Positions 28,801-38,674 of a stretch of DNA of 64,000 nt are shown here, one piece after another; the first letter of the stretch is position 1; each line of letters opens with the position of its first letter. The translations under genes and the position numbers were made by a program. Under the pieces are notes generated by a model. It made no database searches. It saw nothing but the letters and a program-made list of their open reading frames with translations, and was not told where the DNA came from. The DNA is from a virus: positions 1-64,000 of IMG/VR virus record IMGVR_UViG_3300023184_000090; one strand, written 5' to 3'.

Positions 28801-31083
28801 CAGCAGATCGGTGAGTGGGAACCTGATGATCAGCCCGGCGATCGTGCCTTGGCCTTGCAACGATCAACTTTGGCTGACGTAATTCAGCAAGGCGACGTTA
28901 ATAATTTACGAGCAATGGCATTTGCAATGAGAGGCGACAACCCTAATGAGTTTTGGTCTTACTTGCCTCGTGTCGAGCGCGATGCTGCAGTAGAAGCAAT
29001 TAACGAACGAATACAAGCAGTCGAAGCTCTTGCAGCAGACTTCGGCATAAGAGCGGTTACAGAAGACTTGTACGAGACTGAACGTCAGCCAGGTGGTGAT
29101 GTTAATTTGCCTGGCTTAGAAGACACTTTAACTGCTTTGCGTAATGGCACTATAGATCATCCGGCATTTCAAGAGCTTCCGGTGGCATTGCGTCGAGTGG
29201 CAATGAACCAAGTTGCTGAGATGCTGGATGAGAGAATACTTCCTCTTCGAGAGCCTGTAGTCGATGTAGACGAAGAAGCAGCTTTGGCGGCATTCGACAA
29301 TGCCGACCAAGTATATGACGATGCCGACTTTAGACCAGCCGACTTAGCGCAAGAGATCTTTGACGATGCCGACGGAGATCGCGGGGAGTTGGAAGGGCGG
29401 ATTGAACAGCTAAGAGAAGGGGCTGGAGATTATGCAGCAATTAATCGCCTTCCTGACGAATACCGAGAGCTTGCAATGGACAGAGTCGCTGCTCAGCTTA
29501 GCCGGCTGTTAATAGACGACGAAGCTCGTCTAATGGGTCAAGCAGATGAAATTGCAGATTCAATTGTTAATATTTTCCAAGGGCAAGTTGACGAAGGCGA
29601 TCACCTTACAACACGCGACGTCAATAATTTGCTTGATGAATTCATACAAGATGAACAAGGGTTTCTGGATTCGATAGGCATTGACATTGACGAATACAGA
29701 GCGCTGTTTAACACGGATTTCGGCACGGATGAAGTAGCTCGACGAGTTCGTCGATGGGCAAATGACAACTTGCCTCAACCAAATAGACGAGGCCCATTCC
29801 AGCCGGGTGGCGCATCCGCTGTTCGTGGCATGCCGCTAGGCAATTTAAATATCACCCCTTCAATCACTGCTCAATCACTTAAAGGTCCTGACACACAGCC
29901 CGTAAGCAACTTCTTGCAGCAGGTAAAGAGTCTGACTGGCACCACCAAAGAAGGATTGGCGACAGGTTTAATGGCATTTGAGAACATGGAGCCTAGTCGA
30001 CGAATGACCAAAGCCGAGTTTGTTCGTGAGTTGCTACCTTCAAGCTACGACATTGTAAGTTTGCAAGGTTCTGCTGACGACAACGCACACTATCGAGACA
30101 TGGCAGAAGAGCATGTAGCAGATGAACCTGAATCTGTGCTGGATCAAATGGATATATCTGATCAATACCACGATGAAATACTAGATGTCGTTGTATATGA
30201 TACTCTAGCATTTGAAGATTTGTCTTCAGGCGCAAAGAAAGCGCTCAAGAAGAAAAACATCACCGACTATGATTCGTTATACGTCGCGCATGCTGAAGCG
30301 TTTAAAGCCGTAGTAGAAGCAGGCATGGAATATCTTGCTGATATGGATGGCACACAAGTTGCAGATGAAAAAGGTTTTACATATGCAAGGACTCAACGTT
30401 TGGCGCTAGATAGTATGGGAGACGAGTACAGTGAGTTTGGCGTTACTCACCCAGATCAACAAGGCACTTATCATCACTTTACTAAAGCGCCTGAGGGCCT
30501 GATCGGCCATGTCAGGGGCACATACAATCCTGATGGGCTTGAAGTAAAGACTACAGATGCTGATATATTCACAACAAAGCCCAATAGCTATGTTATTGAA
30601 GAAATTCAGTCAGATGCACAAAAGAATTCTCAGCAAGTTGCTCATTTGCATCAGGTTCACGGGGTGTTATTTAAAGCTGCAATTCAAAAAGCGTTAGAGT
30701 CTGGCGCAGACGTAGTCTATTTGCCGACAGCTAAAATCATTGCAGCTGAAAGACCTGATGTGCAAGGTTGGGAAGCTAGACCAGATGACCGAGGCTTAAC
30801 TATGCAAGTGCCAATACGTAAAGACACAACAAGCAAGTTTAAGCCAATTTATGACCAAGCAATCGTTAAAGAAGGCTTAAAGCCTTTGCTTAAAATACCA
30901 GGCGTCACATCTAAGCTTGTAAGCGACGGTGACTACCACGAGATCAGCTTCACACCAGAAGCGAAAGAGCACATCCTTAATGGACCAGGGCAAACGATCC
31001 CCGGGTATGCAAAAGGTGGTACAGTCCAAAGACCAGCTACATTGGACGATATGAAGTTTGCACTTATGATGCGGAGAGCATAA
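25885..31083 (+). CDS. Large multidomain protein between TerL and portal (probably packaged/injected)
   Basis: 1732-aa ORF; very acidic central region; IEEIQSD-motif domain; ends GYAKGGTV..DDMKFAL. Confidence 0.6.
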   Translation: MTAVYSPEGVFLYDDGESDTDQSQFELNKRAETKQSPLASVTETFKNIATQFNPLLVGKAGQDAAKTLLISPLAAPASIVSSGLQHLNAMPGVALRRAQGDEEGAKRIEQSLPSPDDVNISYQKALAPQTQAGESFNEGLSKVMEASKLPHVWPMGPKGMMSNMVGLEERRPLMSPNDVRVLGAQGVNTAREISAIPTDFANWRDAHIVRESPVRGEGSTTFGGQLGQAAESLGDTMARREMQGLTPIPGLPAALQPDTKMYAVRPEGSRLNTFFPTVPPEAGNYQPRVNPVADIIATAAYIPTVDPVLDPTQVFDTARRQLEGPAVDSWQEFEAKKAEELYPDLDPRDRLNAVKVANYGDGTGNDYAKLEAQWFDEWRNSPEGIAAGAQRLNSTEDVSNMHKSAIKWLDTVFTNFIDKQWGTANNEVVKLAEKGLTVTPAEELINGSTTRPTNATQTERIAMGLDPQGSYAKTLRAASQKVEDLNRQLTELEQEKTRAGLAAQARGIRPAEDEAFVAASREVDRVSAAHDKAMTAWQNQQLAYKLETMADNSVVKRLASGAREDLVQHERQFYPTLEKTPGDESVYLLMSTQPALSTIASEFYQDVMSGKIKRDKMPNSVGQFVKKNAQARIMLENQAKTAEKERKEQFVAALMTRMEAIPESNKVGSIGVSVITKDLGLQNVKHEFSIATAVCDFCLGEGGSAKDGTRNLFSGKKQNYEPQVNPITGEPNPLARSPRMTYINDVMKDGGVMWIINEANTGLPEGAIHLKNLGNGTYNIAGVYGHNNGPIAPTHSSSIAAFMNKNADQINQVSETLRNHAHVRDMLNKSDRQAMKADYRLTEDEARIMSEEGTRFVSISDAKKVIEDFRQASGVYQRPEATAPALQAPPAPAPREVFQLQPFFDSVRRDVSAQVGDRVETIAYRISEFFNPNRDPEGYANALREAAQREPVGLVEISLNELAEEIDMHFQRQQIGEWEPDDQPGDRALALQRSTLADVIQQGDVNNLRAMAFAMRGDNPNEFWSYLPRVERDAAVEAINERIQAVEALAADFGIRAVTEDLYETERQPGGDVNLPGLEDTLTALRNGTIDHPAFQELPVALRRVAMNQVAEMLDERILPLREPVVDVDEEAALAAFDNADQVYDDADFRPADLAQEIFDDADGDRGELEGRIEQLREGAGDYAAINRLPDEYRELAMDRVAAQLSRLLIDDEARLMGQADEIADSIVNIFQGQVDEGDHLTTRDVNNLLDEFIQDEQGFLDSIGIDIDEYRALFNTDFGTDEVARRVRRWANDNLPQPNRRGPFQPGGASAVRGMPLGNLNITPSITAQSLKGPDTQPVSNFLQQVKSLTGTTKEGLATGLMAFENMEPSRRMTKAEFVRELLPSSYDIVSLQGSADDNAHYRDMAEEHVADEPESVLDQMDISDQYHDEILDVVVYDTLAFEDLSSGAKKALKKKNITDYDSLYVAHAEAFKAVVEAGMEYLADMDGTQVADEKGFTYARTQRLALDSMGDEYSEFGVTHPDQQGTYHHFTKAPEGLIGHVRGTYNPDGLEVKTTDADIFTTKPNSYVIEEIQSDAQKNSQQVAHLHQVHGVLFKAAIQKALESGADVVYLPTAKIIAAERPDVQGWEARPDDRGLTMQVPIRKDTTSKFKPIYDQAIVKEGLKPLLKIPGVTSKLVSDGDYHEISFTPEAKEHILNGPGQTIPGYAKGGTVQRPATLDDMKFALMMRRA

Positions 31084-31084
31084 C

Positions 31085-33610
31085 ATGGCTACAGAAATGC
31101 CGATCCCACAAGACTACAACCGCTTTGTAGGTCCAGTTTCAGAGGAAGAGGAAGACGATGACGTTTCCGTCTTTGACATGTTCGACAAAGCCGAAGATGA
31201 TGTTGAAGAACTGGAAGATGGGTCGGCAATCTTTAAGCTAGGCGATAAAACCCTAGGCCCAGATGAAGATGCTGATTTCTACGCCAACATGGCAGAAACA
31301 TATGACACCGTTGAGCTCGGTCGTCTTGCAATCCGATACTTGGACCTCATCGACAAAGACAAAGAGGCACGCGAGGAGCGTGACAAGCAGTACGAAGAAG
31401 GACTACGAAGGACGGGGCTAGGAAACGATGCACCCGGTGGTGCAACATTTAATGGCGCATCGAAAGTGGTCCATCCGATCATGGCAGAGGCCTGCGTTGA
31501 CTTCTCTGCAAGGGCGATCAAGGAACTATTTCCACCTGACGGCCCAGTTCGCACAAAGATCATAGGCGAAGTGACCGAAGAAAAGACTGCACGTGCAGAG
31601 CGTAAGCGCGACTACATGAATTGGCAGTTGACCGAGCAGATTGAGGAATATCGGGACGAGCTTGAACAGCTGCTAACTCAACAGCCTCTTGGTGGCTCAC
31701 AGTACCTCAAGATGTGGTACGACGAGAACAAACGACGACCCTGTGCTGAATTTATACCTATAGATAACATTTATCTACCTTACGCATCGGCTAACTTCTA
31801 TACTGCAAGCCGCGTTACCGAAGTCAATGACATTACGCAAGACGAGTTTGAGGTGCGGATCGATAGTGGGTTGTACATTGATGTAGACTTCTATACGTCA
31901 AGCCAAGAGCCTGAAGAATCAAAGGCTAAGAAGGCAAATGACCGGATCGAGGGTAAGAAAAGCCAGTCGATGAACGTTGACGGTGTGCGTCGTGTGTTCC
32001 ACATCTACACGTGGTTGGAGATGGATGACGACAGCAAGTCGCAAGGCGTGCGTGCCCCTTACATCCTCATGATCGATGAGCTGACACGTGAAGTGGTTGG
32101 TTTGTATCGCAACTGGGAAGAAGGCGATGAGGACTACATCAAACTTGACTGGTTAGTTGAGTTTAAGTTCATTCCTTGGCGCGGCGCTTATGCAATTGGC
32201 TTGCCACACTTGATTGGCGGACTTAGTGCTGCATTGACCGGTTCATTGAGGGCGCTGCTTGATAGTGCGCACATCAACAATGCGCCTACGATGCTGAAGC
32301 TGAAAGGCGCTAAGATCTCCGGCCAATCGCTTACAATTGAGCCTACACAAGTTGCTGAAATTGAAGGTGCACCAGGCGTTGATGACATTCGCAAAGTTGC
32401 AATGCCGATGCCATTTAACCCACCTTCGCAAGTGTTGTTTGAATTGCTCGGCTGGTTGTCAAATGCGGCAAAAGGTGTAGTTACTACATCGGAAGAGAAG
32501 ATTGCAGACATCGGGTCCAATGCACCTGTTGGAACTACGCAAGCATTGATTGAGCAAGGCGCTGCGGTGTTCAGTGCAATTCATGCGCGTATTCACAACA
32601 GTCAAGCACGTGTTTTGAAGATTCTCGGTCGTCTAAACCGCTGGTACTTGGATGAGCAACGAAAAGGCGAGGTCGTTGAAGATCTTAAGATCACCAAAGA
32701 AGACTTTGATCGCAATTCGGACATCATTCCAGTTTCGGACCCGCACATCTTTGCTGAAACGCAGCGATATGCACAAATCCAAACGCTTGCAGCACGTGCA
32801 CAGGCAAACCCTGATTTGTACAACCGCTTAGCTGTTGAGAAGCGTATTCTTAAGCAAATCAAGTTGCCTGACGTCAATGAGGTCTTACCGGACCCGCAAG
32901 ATGTGAAGGAGATGAACCCTGCTCTGGAGAACGTTGCAATGACGTTAGGCAAACCAGTTGGTGCATTCCCGCCACAAGATCACTTGGCTCACTTACAAAT
33001 TCACCTGGATTATTTACGTGATCCTGTATATGGCAGTAACCCGATTATTGCGCCTACATTCGTTCCTCATTGTTTAGAACACGTGAAGCAGCATTTGACG
33101 CTATGGTACCTAAACCAAGTTGACGGGTACGCATCTGTTGCGCTAGATAGGCCGTTCAACGTGCTTAAAGAACAGAAGTTGCCACATGAGGCTGACAAGT
33201 TGCTCGGTGCGGTTGTGCAACATGTGCACCAAGACATTCAGGAAACTTTAAGCGGTGTTACACCTATCATTCAACAAGCGATGGACATGCTTAAGAAACT
33301 GCAAGGTCAGCCACCGATGGATCCTGCAACACAAGCATTTGTCCAAACCAGCATGGCAGAGACGCAACGTAGGGCACAGAAAGACCAGGGCGATTTGCAA
33401 CTAAACGTTGCCAAGCTTCAGCAGCAAGACAGCCAGCAGGCAATTAAAGTGCAAGCTGACATGATACAAAACACTGAGAATAATCTCACGCAGGAAAGAA
33501 TCAAGTCGGCAGAGCTTACGCGTGATGCAGCCAGCTTGCAACATGAGCAGTTACAAACTGCTATTAACGCGCAAAATGAACTTCAACAAACTTTAGGAGG
33601 TCCACAATGA
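31085..33610 (+). CDS. Portal protein
   Basis: 841 aa after TerL; P22-like portal hallmarks (VHPIMAEAC..ELFPPDGPV, MNWQLT, GLPHLIGGL, APVGTT.AL.EQG) and a Gln-rich C-terminal coiled coil. Confidence 0.85.
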   Translation: MATEMPIPQDYNRFVGPVSEEEEDDDVSVFDMFDKAEDDVEELEDGSAIFKLGDKTLGPDEDADFYANMAETYDTVELGRLAIRYLDLIDKDKEAREERDKQYEEGLRRTGLGNDAPGGATFNGASKVVHPIMAEACVDFSARAIKELFPPDGPVRTKIIGEVTEEKTARAERKRDYMNWQLTEQIEEYRDELEQLLTQQPLGGSQYLKMWYDENKRRPCAEFIPIDNIYLPYASANFYTASRVTEVNDITQDEFEVRIDSGLYIDVDFYTSSQEPEESKAKKANDRIEGKKSQSMNVDGVRRVFHIYTWLEMDDDSKSQGVRAPYILMIDELTREVVGLYRNWEEGDEDYIKLDWLVEFKFIPWRGAYAIGLPHLIGGLSAALTGSLRALLDSAHINNAPTMLKLKGAKISGQSLTIEPTQVAEIEGAPGVDDIRKVAMPMPFNPPSQVLFELLGWLSNAAKGVVTTSEEKIADIGSNAPVGTTQALIEQGAAVFSAIHARIHNSQARVLKILGRLNRWYLDEQRKGEVVEDLKITKEDFDRNSDIIPVSDPHIFAETQRYAQIQTLAARAQANPDLYNRLAVEKRILKQIKLPDVNEVLPDPQDVKEMNPALENVAMTLGKPVGAFPPQDHLAHLQIHLDYLRDPVYGSNPIIAPTFVPHCLEHVKQHLTLWYLNQVDGYASVALDRPFNVLKEQKLPHEADKLLGAVVQHVHQDIQETLSGVTPIIQQAMDMLKKLQGQPPMDPATQAFVQTSMAETQRRAQKDQGDLQLNVAKLQQQDSQQAIKVQADMIQNTENNLTQERIKSAELTRDAASLQHEQLQTAINAQNELQQTLGGPQ

Positions 33611-33888
33611 CTGAAGCAATTCCCGCCCACAAAAAGATGGCCATGGGCATCACAGACGGTAATGTGATGAAAAAAGGCGGCAAAGTTCGTAGATACGCCA
33701 ACGGCGGTAGCGTTATGCCTGAAAAGGGTGTTGATAAGCTCATCAACAAGAACGGACCCATTAAGCCTATGAAAGCGACAGGCGAGAAACTTGCAACCTT
33801 GAAAAAAGGTGGTCCTGCCAAAAAAGGCATGGGTCTCACTATCATGGTTGGCGTCCCCATGAAGCGTTCGGCAGGTCGAGGCAAGTAA
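33607..33888 (+). CDS. Small basic KGG-motif protein (putative internal core protein)
   Basis: Lys/Met/Gly rich; MKKGG, YANGG, LKKGG. Confidence 0.6.
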   Translation: MTEAIPAHKKMAMGITDGNVMKKGGKVRRYANGGSVMPEKGVDKLINKNGPIKPMKATGEKLATLKKGGPAKKGMGLTIMVGVPMKRSAGRGK

Positions 33889-34077
33889 TTGACTTCGATC
33901 TCCGACTTCATTGGTCGTATTAAGGCGCAGCAAGCCAAGATTGGTGATTCCCTTGTACAAGGGTTCGTCACTAACTTTGAGACTTACCAGCGGTTAGTCG
34001 GCCAGCACCAGGGCTTGGAAGAAGCCTTGAATATCATCAACCAACTCTTAGAAGAGGACAAAAAAGATGTCGAATGA
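33889..34077 (+). CDS. Hypothetical head-module protein
   Basis: 62 aa, Y..LVG..QGL..A motif, TTG start. Confidence 0.65.
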   Translation: MTSISDFIGRIKAQQAKIGDSLVQGFVTNFETYQRLVGQHQGLEEALNIINQLLEEDKKDVE

Positions 34078-34489
34078 CATTATTGAACAAACGCTTGAAG
34101 AGGCGTTTCCTATCGTTGAACCTTTGATGGCACCGTATGGTGCTCGAGTCCTCGTGCAATTGAGGGCTGTGAAAGAAAAGGTCACGAACTCCGGTATCGT
34201 ATTGGTCGAAGAGACCAAAGAGACGGAAAAGTGGAATACTATGATCGGAAAGGTCATCGCGATCGGTCCGCTAGCATTCCGCAAGCGAGAAAGCATGGAA
34301 CCATGGCCAGAAGGTGCTTGGGCACAGGTCGGCGACTTCGTTCGTGTCCCGAAATGGGGCGGCGACCGTTGGGAGGTTGATTTTGATCAAGATGGAAGCA
34401 AAGGGAAGGCCCTTTTCACCTTTTTCAATGATCACGAGCTGATTGGCAAGGTAACGGGTGATCCGCTTGCAATTAAGGCATTTATTTAA
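34067..34489 (+). CDS. groES: GroES-like co-chaperonin
   Basis: P.G.RVLV, T.SGIVL mobile loop, GKVIAIGP, VGD.V..PKWGG, ND.ELIG. Confidence 0.85.
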   Translation: MSNDIIEQTLEEAFPIVEPLMAPYGARVLVQLRAVKEKVTNSGIVLVEETKETEKWNTMIGKVIAIGPLAFRKRESMEPWPEGAWAQVGDFVRVPKWGGDRWEVDFDQDGSKGKALFTFFNDHELIGKVTGDPLAIKAFI

Positions 34490-34510
34490 GGTTTTCGAAA
34501 GGAGAACTGT

Positions 34511-35488
34511 ATGACGCCAACAGATAAGTTAGAAATGCAGGTCGCTGAGGAATCAGATGGCTCTGCAGTGGTAAAACTACCCCCGAGTGAGGTATCTGAA
34601 CCTATAGAACCACAAGAAAAGGTTCAAAACGAGGCCTCAGATGACCTAGATGATGATGACAGAAGTGGTTCTGATGATGACGATCCTGAACGAGAAGCCA
34701 TACGGGCGGCTCGCAGAGAGGAAAGAAAGCTTAAAAAGCAATTGCATCGTGAGAAAGCACGCGAGTCGAACCATCTGATCACGGCTCTTCGTAAGCAGAA
34801 CTCGGAACTTGCCGGTCGAGTGGCGGCTTTGGAAACAAAGACCACCGGTGCTGAGCTGGCAAGGATCGACAAAGCCATCGACGATGCAGGTACTCGAGTC
34901 GAGTATGCAAAGATGAAGATGCAAGAGGCTGTTAACTCACGTCAAGGCGACGAGTTGACAAAGGCTCAACAGCTCTGGTATGACAACCAGCGGCAGCTTG
35001 AGTCACTACAGGCGCTGAAGGCAAATGCCAATAAGGTCATGTCTCAGCCGAAACAGAACAACATCAAGGTTCCGGATCCTAGCGTTCAGGCAAATGCATC
35101 TGAATGGATGAAACGGAACAACTGGTATGACCCACATCTTAAAGATGCGGATTCAAAAGTTGCGCAATCTATTGACCAGGTTCTGACCGAAGAAGGTTAT
35201 GACCCCACATCCTCTGATTATTGGGAAGAACTGGACGACAGGTTGCAAAAATATTTGCCACACAGATATAAAGCGGGGTATAGTACCGATACACGTAACT
35301 CTAGACCAAGGTCTGTTGTGGGAAGTTCAGGGCGCGAATCGGTGAGTACACCACGTCAAGGTGAGTTTAGACTCACTCCTGACCGCGTTAACGCTATTAA
35401 AGAAGCTGGCATGTGGGATGACGTAAAGCTTCGCAACAAGATGGCTCAGCGATTTGCTGAATATGATAAACAACAGAAACGAGGCTAA
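34511..35488 (+). CDS. Capsid scaffolding protein (putative)
   Basis: Acidic N-terminus, long coiled coil, W..RN.WY and D.YW.ELD.RL motifs; located before the capsid genes. Confidence 0.7.
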   Translation: MTPTDKLEMQVAEESDGSAVVKLPPSEVSEPIEPQEKVQNEASDDLDDDDRSGSDDDDPEREAIRAARREERKLKKQLHREKARESNHLITALRKQNSELAGRVAALETKTTGAELARIDKAIDDAGTRVEYAKMKMQEAVNSRQGDELTKAQQLWYDNQRQLESLQALKANANKVMSQPKQNNIKVPDPSVQANASEWMKRNNWYDPHLKDADSKVAQSIDQVLTEEGYDPTSSDYWEELDDRLQKYLPHRYKAGYSTDTRNSRPRSVVGSSGRESVSTPRQGEFRLTPDRVNAIKEAGMWDDVKLRNKMAQRFAEYDKQQKRG

Positions 35489-35489
35489 C

Positions 35490-36032
35490 ATGGACGACCG
35501 AATTAAAAAGAACACACGCGTAGACAGAAGCAATCGTTCGCAAGACGATTCTTCACGCGCAGCGCCTGAAGATGCAAACTTTGTATCTTCCGAGGAACGT
35601 CGTAGGATGTTCCGCTCGGAGTGGCTTCAAGAAGCTCTTCCGACCCCGCCCGAAATTTCCGGGTATCACTTATGCTGGTTATCAACGACAAATCAGTATG
35701 ACCCTATTCACAAGCGTATGCGAATGGGCTATGAGCCCGTGAAAGCCGATGAATTACCAGGCTTTGAGCATTTGAAAGTGAAAGCAGGAGAGCATGTTGG
35801 TTTCGTAGCTTGCAATGAGATGGTGTTGTATAAGTTGCCTAACGCAATTTATCAAGACTTGATGATGGAACTTCACTATCATGCGCCTCAAGAGGAGCAA
35901 GAGAAGATCAAGATTCAGCAAGAACAACTGCTAAGCCAACGTGACAGCAATGGGAAACCGTTGGTTACGATCGAAGGTGACGGCATGTACTTTGATGCCC
36001 AAAAACAACGTCCTGTCCCTGTCTTCGAATGA
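35490..36032 (+). CDS. Conserved head-module protein
   Basis: LP.PP...GYH.CW...R...GYEPV pattern; GAGG RBS before ATG 35490. Confidence 0.65.
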   Translation: MDDRIKKNTRVDRSNRSQDDSSRAAPEDANFVSSEERRRMFRSEWLQEALPTPPEISGYHLCWLSTTNQYDPIHKRMRMGYEPVKADELPGFEHLKVKAGEHVGFVACNEMVLYKLPNAIYQDLMMELHYHAPQEEQEKIKIQQEQLLSQRDSNGKPLVTIEGDGMYFDAQKQRPVPVFE

Positions 36033-36069
36033 TGACAAGCAGGCTTTTATTAATTGAAAGGATACTCTA

Positions 36070-36684
36070 ATGAGTGCAACTTCAGCATCGTTTGGTTTGC
36101 GCCCTGCATTCCATCCTTCGGGATTGGATCGTGCACAGGCGCTCGCCGGCGGTATTGTTAGCGGCTTGGCTGCTGACTTACTGAAAGGCTCCCCTATCCG
36201 ATATAACAGCACTGCAGGTACTTCTGTAGCCGCTGGTACTATCGCACAAGCCGCCGCTTCTGGCGCTTGGACGGGTGCTTTCGCCGGCTGTGAATGGACT
36301 GACACCACTGGTCGTCGTCGTGTTAGCAACTACTGGCCTTCTGGTACTACCTACCAGACCGGTTCGTGTGTTGCGTATTTCTATAACGATCCCAATATCG
36401 TTTACGAAATTCAAACCGATGCAACCATGGCTCAGACCGCGCTGGGTGGTGAATACAACTTTAGCGCTAACACCGGCTTTACTGTTACTTCGGGTTCTAA
36501 CACCACTGGCTTGTCTGCGACGGCTCTTGGCGTTTCAACCGCCGTTGCTAACGGTTCACAAGGCGCAATGCGCGTGGTTGATCTTGCCGCTTATCCCGGC
36601 AATGCGTGGGGCGATCCTTATGTGATCGTTCGTGTTGTTAACGCTCAGTCTCAGTACTTCGGTTCTGTGACCGCCATTGTTTAA
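36070..36684 (+). CDS. Capsid decoration / cement protein (putative)
   Basis: FGLRP, G.F.GCE.TD, DPNIVYEIQ; directly upstream of the major capsid gene. Confidence 0.6.
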   Translation: MSATSASFGLRPAFHPSGLDRAQALAGGIVSGLAADLLKGSPIRYNSTAGTSVAAGTIAQAAASGAWTGAFAGCEWTDTTGRRRVSNYWPSGTTYQTGSCVAYFYNDPNIVYEIQTDATMAQTALGGEYNFSANTGFTVTSGSNTTGLSATALGVSTAVANGSQGAMRVVDLAAYPGNAWGDPYVIVRVVNAQSQYFGSVTAIV

Positions 36685-36697
36685 GGGGGACTAAAAA

Positions 36698-37612
36698 ATG
36701 GCCGCACCAATGCGCAGTACAGACTTTAGAAGTATCGTTGAGCCTATTCTCAATGAATGCTTCGATGGAGTCTATGACCAACGTGCCGATGAGTGGTCCA
36801 CGGTTTTCCGTGAACAACAAGGCATTCCACGTAACTACCATGAAGAGCCCGTCCTGTACGGATTCGGCGCTGCACCTCAGTTGCCTGACGGCCAACCCGT
36901 CACGTATCAACAGGGTGGCGTTCTCTTCCTGAAGCGCTATGTGTACAACGTGTATGGCTTGGCCTTCGCGTTGACCAAAGTGCTTGTGGAAGACGGTGAT
37001 CACATCCGTATCGGTCAAGTGTATGCAAAACACCTGGCACAGTCTTTGGTGGAAACCAAAGAAACCCTGTGCGCTAACGTGTTGAACACTGCATTCACTT
37101 CAACCGCTATCGGTGGTGACGGCGTGTCCTTGAGCAACTCGGCTCACCCAATTGTTAGCGGTACCTTCAGCAACTTGCTGAACACCTCTGCTAACTTGAG
37201 CCAGACCTCACTGGAACAGATGCTGATTCAGGTTCGCCAAGCCGTTGACAACAACGGTAAGAAGATCCGTCTCCAGCCTCTGAAACTGGTGGTTGCCCCT
37301 GGTAACGTGTTCCAAGCTGAAGTGTTGCTGAAGAGCGTATTGCGTACCGGTACCGCTAACAACGACATCAACCCGATCAAGTCGATTGGTTTGATGCCCG
37401 AAGGCGCATCGGTTCTCTCTCGTTTGACCAGCGCTACTGCTTGGTGGGTCCAAACTGATGCACCTGAAGGCATGAAGCTGATGATGCGTCGTGGTTTGGA
37501 GAAGACCATGGAAGGTGACTTTGAAACCGACTCCATGCGTTACAAAGCCACCGAGCGTTACGATGTCGGTTATACCGATCCTCGTGCAATGTACGGCACG
37601 CCTGGCGTGTAA
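36698..37612 (+). CDS. Major capsid protein
   Basis: 304 aa, strongly biased codons, HK97-type pattern (GFG.AP...G..V.Y, KLVVAP, YKATERY..G..DPR..YG..G), followed by a terminator. Confidence 0.85.
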   Translation: MAAPMRSTDFRSIVEPILNECFDGVYDQRADEWSTVFREQQGIPRNYHEEPVLYGFGAAPQLPDGQPVTYQQGGVLFLKRYVYNVYGLAFALTKVLVEDGDHIRIGQVYAKHLAQSLVETKETLCANVLNTAFTSTAIGGDGVSLSNSAHPIVSGTFSNLLNTSANLSQTSLEQMLIQVRQAVDNNGKKIRLQPLKLVVAPGNVFQAEVLLKSVLRTGTANNDINPIKSIGLMPEGASVLSRLTSATAWWVQTDAPEGMKLMMRRGLEKTMEGDFETDSMRYKATERYDVGYTDPRAMYGTPGV

Positions 37613-37618
37613 GTAGAT

Positions 37619-37648
37619 GGGGCTGGTTTAAACACCAGCCCCTTTTTT
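37619..37648 (+). terminator. Rho-independent terminator
   Basis: GGGGCTGG-tttaaaca-CCAGCCCC followed by TTTTTT. Confidence 0.85.
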
Positions 37649-37685
37649 AGTTTTTATTTGTCAAGCTTTTCAAGGAGAAGACAAA

Positions 37686-38663
37686 ATGCCTCAATTTTCC
37701 GATGATCTTTTCTTGGGTGGTTCGCAAACCTTTATGGGTTATGCAAAGACTCAAAACGTTGCTGTTGTTACAGCATCACAAGCAACTACTGTACTGACAG
37801 TTACCGCACTGCTTAACGGTGTGCCACTTCAAGTTGGCATGATGATTGGCGGTTCTGGTGTGACGGCTGGTACGTATATCACTTCTTTCGGTACCGGCAC
37901 TGGCGGCACAGGTACTTATAACGTGAACAACTCGGTTACTGTGTCTTCCACTACAATCGTAGCTGGTGTTGAAGACAACTTGCCTGATCCGTCACTGATG
38001 CCATTGGGTGTTGGCCCCTTGGGTCGTCTTTACATATGGGATACGGTTCCGGTGGTTTTGAACGGTGCGAACATTTGTGCATCGCAAACTCCTGCAACCG
38101 CCGGCGCACTGACCTTGCTGACAACCAGCACGCTAGGAGGTCGCTACGTTCAACGTGCTGATAGCACTAACGTTGTTCAGTTGGACGTGCCTCGTGCAGT
38201 TTCGATCTTCTTGACCGCAGGCGGTACTGCTCGTACCTACACCGTGGCTGGTTTCGACATCTACGGCACTGCAATGTCGGAGAACATCCTTACTGTTGCT
38301 AATGCCACTACGTCAGGCAAGAAGGCATTCTTCCAAATTGCCTCGGTGACCGGATTGGTCGGCGGATCAACCACTGCTGTAACGGTTGGCACAACCGATA
38401 TTCTAGGTATTCCGATTCGTATCACTGACCTTGGCTACATTCAGCACATCGGGTACAACAACACTCTGGCAGACGCTGCAGGTACTCCTCTTGTTGCTGA
38501 TCAAGCCACTGCAACCACCACCACTGGCGATGTTCGTGGTACGTACCTTCCGGCTTCTGCCACGGATGGCATTAAGCGTCTGGTTATGAGCATTGCGGTT
38601 CCTGCCATTGCATGCGGCCCTAATGCCACCCGTCTGGGCGCATTGGGTGTCACTCAAGCTTAA
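37686..38663 (+). CDS. Virion structural protein (Thr/Gly-rich beta protein)
   Basis: [11 protein letters not shown] start, [22 protein letters not shown]. Confidence 0.6.
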   Translation: MPQFSDDLFLGGSQTFMGYAKTQNVAVVTASQATTVLTVTALLNGVPLQVGMMIGGSGVTAGTYITSFGTGTGGTGTYNVNNSVTVSSTTIVAGVEDNLPDPSLMPLGVGPLGRLYIWDTVPVVLNGANICASQTPATAGALTLLTTSTLGGRYVQRADSTNVVQLDVPRAVSIFLTAGGTARTYTVAGFDIYGTAMSENILTVANATTSGKKAFFQIASVTGLVGGSTTAVTVGTTDILGIPIRITDLGYIQHIGYNNTLADAAGTPLVADQATATTTTGDVRGTYLPASATDGIKRLVMSIAVPAIACGPNATRLGALGVTQA

Positions 38664-38674
38664 GGAGACACAAC

